Of a stretch of 64,000 nt of DNA, positions 60,404 to 64,000 are shown in pieces. Within the stretch, counting starts at the first letter, position 1. Every line of letters starts with the position of its first letter. This DNA is from Ignavibacteriota bacterium (GTDB lineage Bacteria; Bacteroidota; Ignavibacteria; UBA10030), in contig OY969585.1 of the NCBI GenBank assembly GCA_963701295.1, positions 2,112,001-2,176,000 on the forward strand, in the 5' to 3' direction. A program made the position numbers and the translations under genes. The notes under the pieces are model-generated. The model had not been told where the DNA came from. It was given only the letters and a program-made list of their open reading frames with translations, and made no database searches.

Positions 60404-61480
60404 CTAAAGAAAGAGATGCATAAGAAAATCAAATTCGTTTTGTTGTACGTTCCCTGGTGTTTGGTCATGTATTCGATACATGGGGCATAATTCAACACCT
60501 GGCAATGGAAAAAATTCCGCTCCAATGCTATACCTCGATTCACTTCCCGTTTTATACTCAATGTCTGGATCATAGAAATCATACATAAATTTTAAGTCGA
60601 CGCCATCCAGTACCAAGTAATTTATTTCAATATAGGAGATGAATTCATCTGTCCCCAGGGTCGTCTTATCTTTCTTTATATCCCATTCACCATTAATAGT
60701 AATATCGTTATAACTAACACCAGCGAATCCGCCGAACATTGTAAGAGTGCCGAGCAAACCGTTATTATACCAGCCAGATCCACCCAGAGAACAATTTAAC
60801 TTGTCAAGCTTAAAGAGAGCTTCCGCCCTTGTCGTGATGAGCCTGATCCAGCCGTTGGACGGGTCGCTGCCATTTTCACCATTATACACACCTGCATTCC
60901 ATGTGATAGATGTCGGTGATATTCCCACTTCGATCCCCGTATCTTCTCTGTGATAAAGGGGGAACACTGTCTTTGATCTGATAAAAGCAGTATGATCATC
61001 GATTCTTGTTCCATACGCTGGTGTAAATCTTCCTACCTTTACATATCCATTTGCTGGAAGAACCTGAGCAATGCCGAAAATTTCAAAATCTTGGTAGAGC
61101 GTTTTTGTCACAGACAGAAGAAGATTGTTTGCAAGTCGTGCGCTCAAATAAATATCTCCTTGCATCTGGTAAAACGATGTATAATCTCGTTGTTGTTGAT
61201 AAGTGAATAATGTTCGCATGTCCGTACCGATACTGACAAAATCGTTCAGTCGCGTTGTAAAGTTGTTCATCGTCGAATCGTTAGACCATGCCCGGACGGG
61301 AAGAGTCTCTCGTCCATACATGGCAGCGCCATAATAATTGCGCATGCCGCCGCCGTTTGGATCGATATGGCAGTTTTGGCATTTAAAATTTGTTGACGAA
61401 GAGAATCGCGGAAGGGCAAATCCATTTGTTGCAATTAGAAAACAGAAGAGGAAGAGAAAAATGTTTCGAGAATATTTCAT
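60404..61480 (-). CDS. Outer-membrane beta-barrel with N-terminal CxxCH (Cyc2-like fused cytochrome-porin candidate)
   Basis: Signal peptide ending GFA; mature LPRF...KCQNCHIDPNGGG; porin-like YVKVGRF.P.YG and G.E.G...GVYNG; C-terminal FLMHLFL. Confidence 0.7.
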   Translation of the reverse strand: MKYSRNIFLFLFCFLIATNGFALPRFSSSTNFKCQNCHIDPNGGGMRNYYGAAMYGRETLPVRAWSNDSTMNNFTTRLNDFVSIGTDMRTLFTYQQQRDYTSFYQMQGDIYLSARLANNLLLSVTKTLYQDFEIFGIAQVLPANGYVKVGRFTPAYGTRIDDHTAFIRSKTVFPLYHREDTGIEVGISPTSITWNAGVYNGENGSDPSNGWIRLITTRAEALFKLDKLNCSLGGSGWYNNGLLGTLTMFGGFAGVSYNDITINGEWDIKKDKTTLGTDEFISYIEINYLVLDGVDLKFMYDFYDPDIEYKTGSESRYSIGAEFFPLPGVELCPMYRIHDQTPGNVQQNEFDFLMHLFL

Positions 61481-61560
61481 AGTAATTCAGCCTTTCGGAA
61501 GCATGGTCAATCTCGATACTCAAGAAACCCGTTTCATAAACTTGCCGTTATCGTTAAGGT

Positions 61561-62688
61561 CTATTCTTTCAAATCCTTTCTATAGCATCTTCTTCTTTTG
61601 TGCAGCCGATAATCATAATATTTCCATTGTGCTTGGATTTTTACATTTGCTTCCAATTCTCTGTTTGTCTCAACTTTTGTAATTTTATTTTTGATAAATA
61701 CTTTATTTGTTTCGTGTATAAGAATTGCATTGATCCCTTTATTCTGCATGTCAGGACGTACGGCTGTAAGATACAAATCCGCGCGCTTCTGATATTTCAG
61801 TGCCGATAACAGGTAGATAAATCCGAATGGAAACAGACGGCCCTTGCACTTCTGTAACGCTTCGGATAAAGAAGGCATAGCAATTCCAAAAGCAACAATA
61901 TGGTTTTGAGAATCCAACACGATCGGCACGTACTCCGGAAGAATGAACCCGAAATATTGCTTCACATACATATTTATTTGTTTCTCCGACAATTCAACAA
62001 AGCCATAGAGGTCTTTATAGGCATCATTCAGAACGTGAAATATTTCTTTTGCATAGGGGAGCAATTCCTTGGCCTTTTTCACTTTGAGAATGGTAAGATG
62101 GTTCCTCGTTAATGCAATCTCAGCTATTCTTTTTATTGGTTCAGGTATTTCTGGATGCATCGTCACTTCATATTCAATCCAGTCGATATCTTTTGTATAT
62201 CCGGCATGTTCCAAGAGGATCGGATAATAAGAGTAATTATAAATCGCACCCAACGTACTCACTTCTTCAAAACCTTCGATGAGTGTCCCTTCGCCGTCCA
62301 TATCTGTAAAGCCTAATGGGCCATGTATGGAGTCCATGCCGTTTCTTCTCGCCCATTGTTCCACAGTATTGAACAGTGCAGAGGATACTTCTATGTCGTT
62401 AATACAATCGAACCATCCAAAACGGGCTGCTTTGGTATTCCATTTCTCATTATATTTTTTATTAAGGATCCCCGCAATTCGACCAACGATCTTTCCGTCA
62501 TGAATTGCGAGCCAATATACTGCTTCGCAAAAATCAAACGCTGGGTTCTTATCTGTTCTTAGCGATTTTATTTCATCGGTACGAAGAGGAGGGACCCAAT
62601 ATTTATTACCGCTGTACAGTGAATACTGAAATGATACAAATTTTCTTAATTCACGTAAGGTATGCACTTCTTTGAGCTGTATATTCAT
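61561..62688 (-). CDS. GNAT-fold N-acetyltransferase (YghO-like)
   Basis: WVPPL...NPAF..., VGRIAG, RFGWFD, GPLGFTD.D.EG.LIEGF, YNY.YY...E..GY.KD.DW. Start placed at MNIQ. Confidence 0.8.
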   Translation of the reverse strand: MNIQLKEVHTLRELRKFVSFQYSLYSGNKYWVPPLRTDEIKSLRTDKNPAFDFCEAVYWLAIHDGKIVGRIAGILNKKYNEKWNTKAARFGWFDCINDIEVSSALFNTVEQWARRNGMDSIHGPLGFTDMDGEGTLIEGFEEVSTLGAIYNYSYYPILLEHAGYTKDIDWIEYEVTMHPEIPEPIKRIAEIALTRNHLTILKVKKAKELLPYAKEIFHVLNDAYKDLYGFVELSEKQINMYVKQYFGFILPEYVPIVLDSQNHIVAFGIAMPSLSEALQKCKGRLFPFGFIYLLSALKYQKRADLYLTAVRPDMQNKGINAILIHETNKVFIKNKITKVETNRELEANVKIQAQWKYYDYRLHKRRRCYRKDLKE

Positions 62689-63024
62689 ACACATCATCGC
62701 CTTGTTTTCAAGAATAATATAAATGTATGTGAACGAAGTCAAGTAGGATTCAAAAAAATAAATGCTGGAATACATTCGCAGCAATTGAATGAATTGAACC
62801 ACTCAAGCGATAAATAGTTCTCTAGGTTACAGGCAGGTTTGTTGATAGAAACAAAAACTGGAATTGTTGAAAAAAAAGAATTTTGTTGAGGTACGGTACA
62901 TCATGCCAAAATGGAAAGAAACACAAGCAAAGGTGCAAATTGATATAGCCTCAATTGGAATACAACGAAGGGATTTAATTTTTACCCGCAATATTGTTGA
63001 GCATGCGTCAAAATCGGGGATCAA

Positions 63025-63048
63025 GGGTGTGATAAATCACGTCCCTAC
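63025..63048 (-). repeat. Solo GTAG-type REP of a second family
   Basis: Minus strand GTAGGGACGTGATTTATCACACCC, beginning 5 nt after the helicase stop codon. Confidence 0.6.
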
Positions 63049-63052
63049 GAAT

Positions 63053-64000
63053 TTAATGCCTTCGCCGGTGAGCTCCTGCGTGTTCTTCCTTTCCAGAAGA
63101 ATGGCGCAGCGGGAGTTCTGGTATGGGAGCCATTAAATGTTCATCCGGATAGGTGCATTTGATTTTTTTGCCTAAAAATTCTTCCAGCTTCACTAGTTCA
63201 TATGCGTCATCTTCATCAGCAAAGTTGATGGAAATACCGTTAGCTCCGGCGCGTCCGGTACGTCCTATTCGGTGTACATACTCTTCCACATCCTGCGGCA
63301 TATTGTAATTGATGACATGGGAGATGCCTTCGATGTGCAGTCCGCGTGATGCAACATCCGTGGCAACCAAAACACGAACCTTCCCTTCACGAAATCGCTC
63401 TAAGCGGCGGATACGTTGCGATTGTTCCACGTCGCCGGAAAGAAGCGCACAACTGACGCCATAGGTCTCGAGCAGCTCTTTCACACGGCGGGCTTCATCC
63501 CGGCGGTTGACAAACATCAATACACGGTCGAGGTGTTTTTGCATAATAACATTGTAGACGAGTGCAGCCTTTTGATTATAGGTGGTGATGTACGTGATCT
63601 GTTCAACACTCTCCACTGCGATTTTGTCTGGCATGATATTCACTTCGAACGCCTGCCGTGTCCATGTTTCAGCTAGCCGCTTGACATCGGATGACATGGT
63701 CGCTGAAAAGAACATGGTTTGCCGCCTTGCCTTCGGTGGTGTATCCAGCACAATGGAACGAACAGCATCTATGAAACCCATATCAAGCATACGGTCTGCT
63801 TCATCGAGGATAAGGATTTCCACTTTGCCGAGGTCCACGAGTCTTTTCTGTTTGAAATCAATTAGGCGGCCGGGTGTGCAGATGAGAATGTCGCACGGTT
63901 CGCTTTTTAGCACTCTCTCCTGTTTTGAATAATCCATGCCGCCGAGAATTGCCAGAATGCTGCATGGGACATATTTGCCGAGTCCGCGTGCATCTCTTTC
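63053..64000 (-). CDS. DEAD-box RNA helicase (RhlB-like), 5'-partial
   Basis: TPGRL, LDEADRMLDMGF, SAT, ATDVASRGLHI, YVHRIGRTGRAG. Frame is open to the window edge. Confidence 0.93.
   Translation of the reverse strand, partial: ERDARGLGKYVPCSILAILGGMDYSKQERVLKSEPCDILICTPGRLIDFKQKRLVDLGKVEILILDEADRMLDMGFIDAVRSIVLDTPPKARRQTMFFSATMSSDVKRLAETWTRQAFEVNIMPDKIAVESVEQITYITTYNQKAALVYNVIMQKHLDRVLMFVNRRDEARRVKELLETYGVSCALLSGDVEQSQRIRRLERFREGKVRVLVATDVASRGLHIEGISHVINYNMPQDVEEYVHRIGRTGRAGANGISINFADEDDAYELVKLEEFLGKKIKCTYPDEHLMAPIPELPLRHSSGKEEHAGAHRRRH

Overview
Bacterial chromosomal segment. Gene content and order (rsfS-argS, efp-accB-accC-gcvH, yggS-divIVA-pnp-ileS-dksA-lspA-rluD, DUF5686-type outer-membrane protein, FadL+SGNH lipoprotein) suggest an Ignavibacteria/Chlorobi-Bacteroidota lineage; this is inference. 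Most of the window is housekeeping genes plus a Wzx/Wzy surface-polysaccharide region (about 3.4-28.7 kb) with an AT-rich variable core. I recognised no rRNA, tRNA, CRISPR array, prophage or integrase. The most notable items are five. (1) A two-gene module of a Cyc2-like fused monoheme-cytochrome/beta-barrel protein and a monoheme cytochrome-c lipoprotein (59.7-61.5 kb). (2) A nonsense-disrupted DUF559 nuclease gene bracketed by inverted REP-like palindromes (0.9-1.4 kb). (3) A frameshifted RAYT transposase carrying a REP doublet inside its own reading frame. (4) A diverged second copy of the rluD 3' end bracketing a DUF5686 gene. (5) A NarL-type two-component system followed by a TACG-N8-YGTA operator array and a mosaic of gene fragments that looks like a collapsed target locus. 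All product calls come from motif recognition by eye, not database searches.
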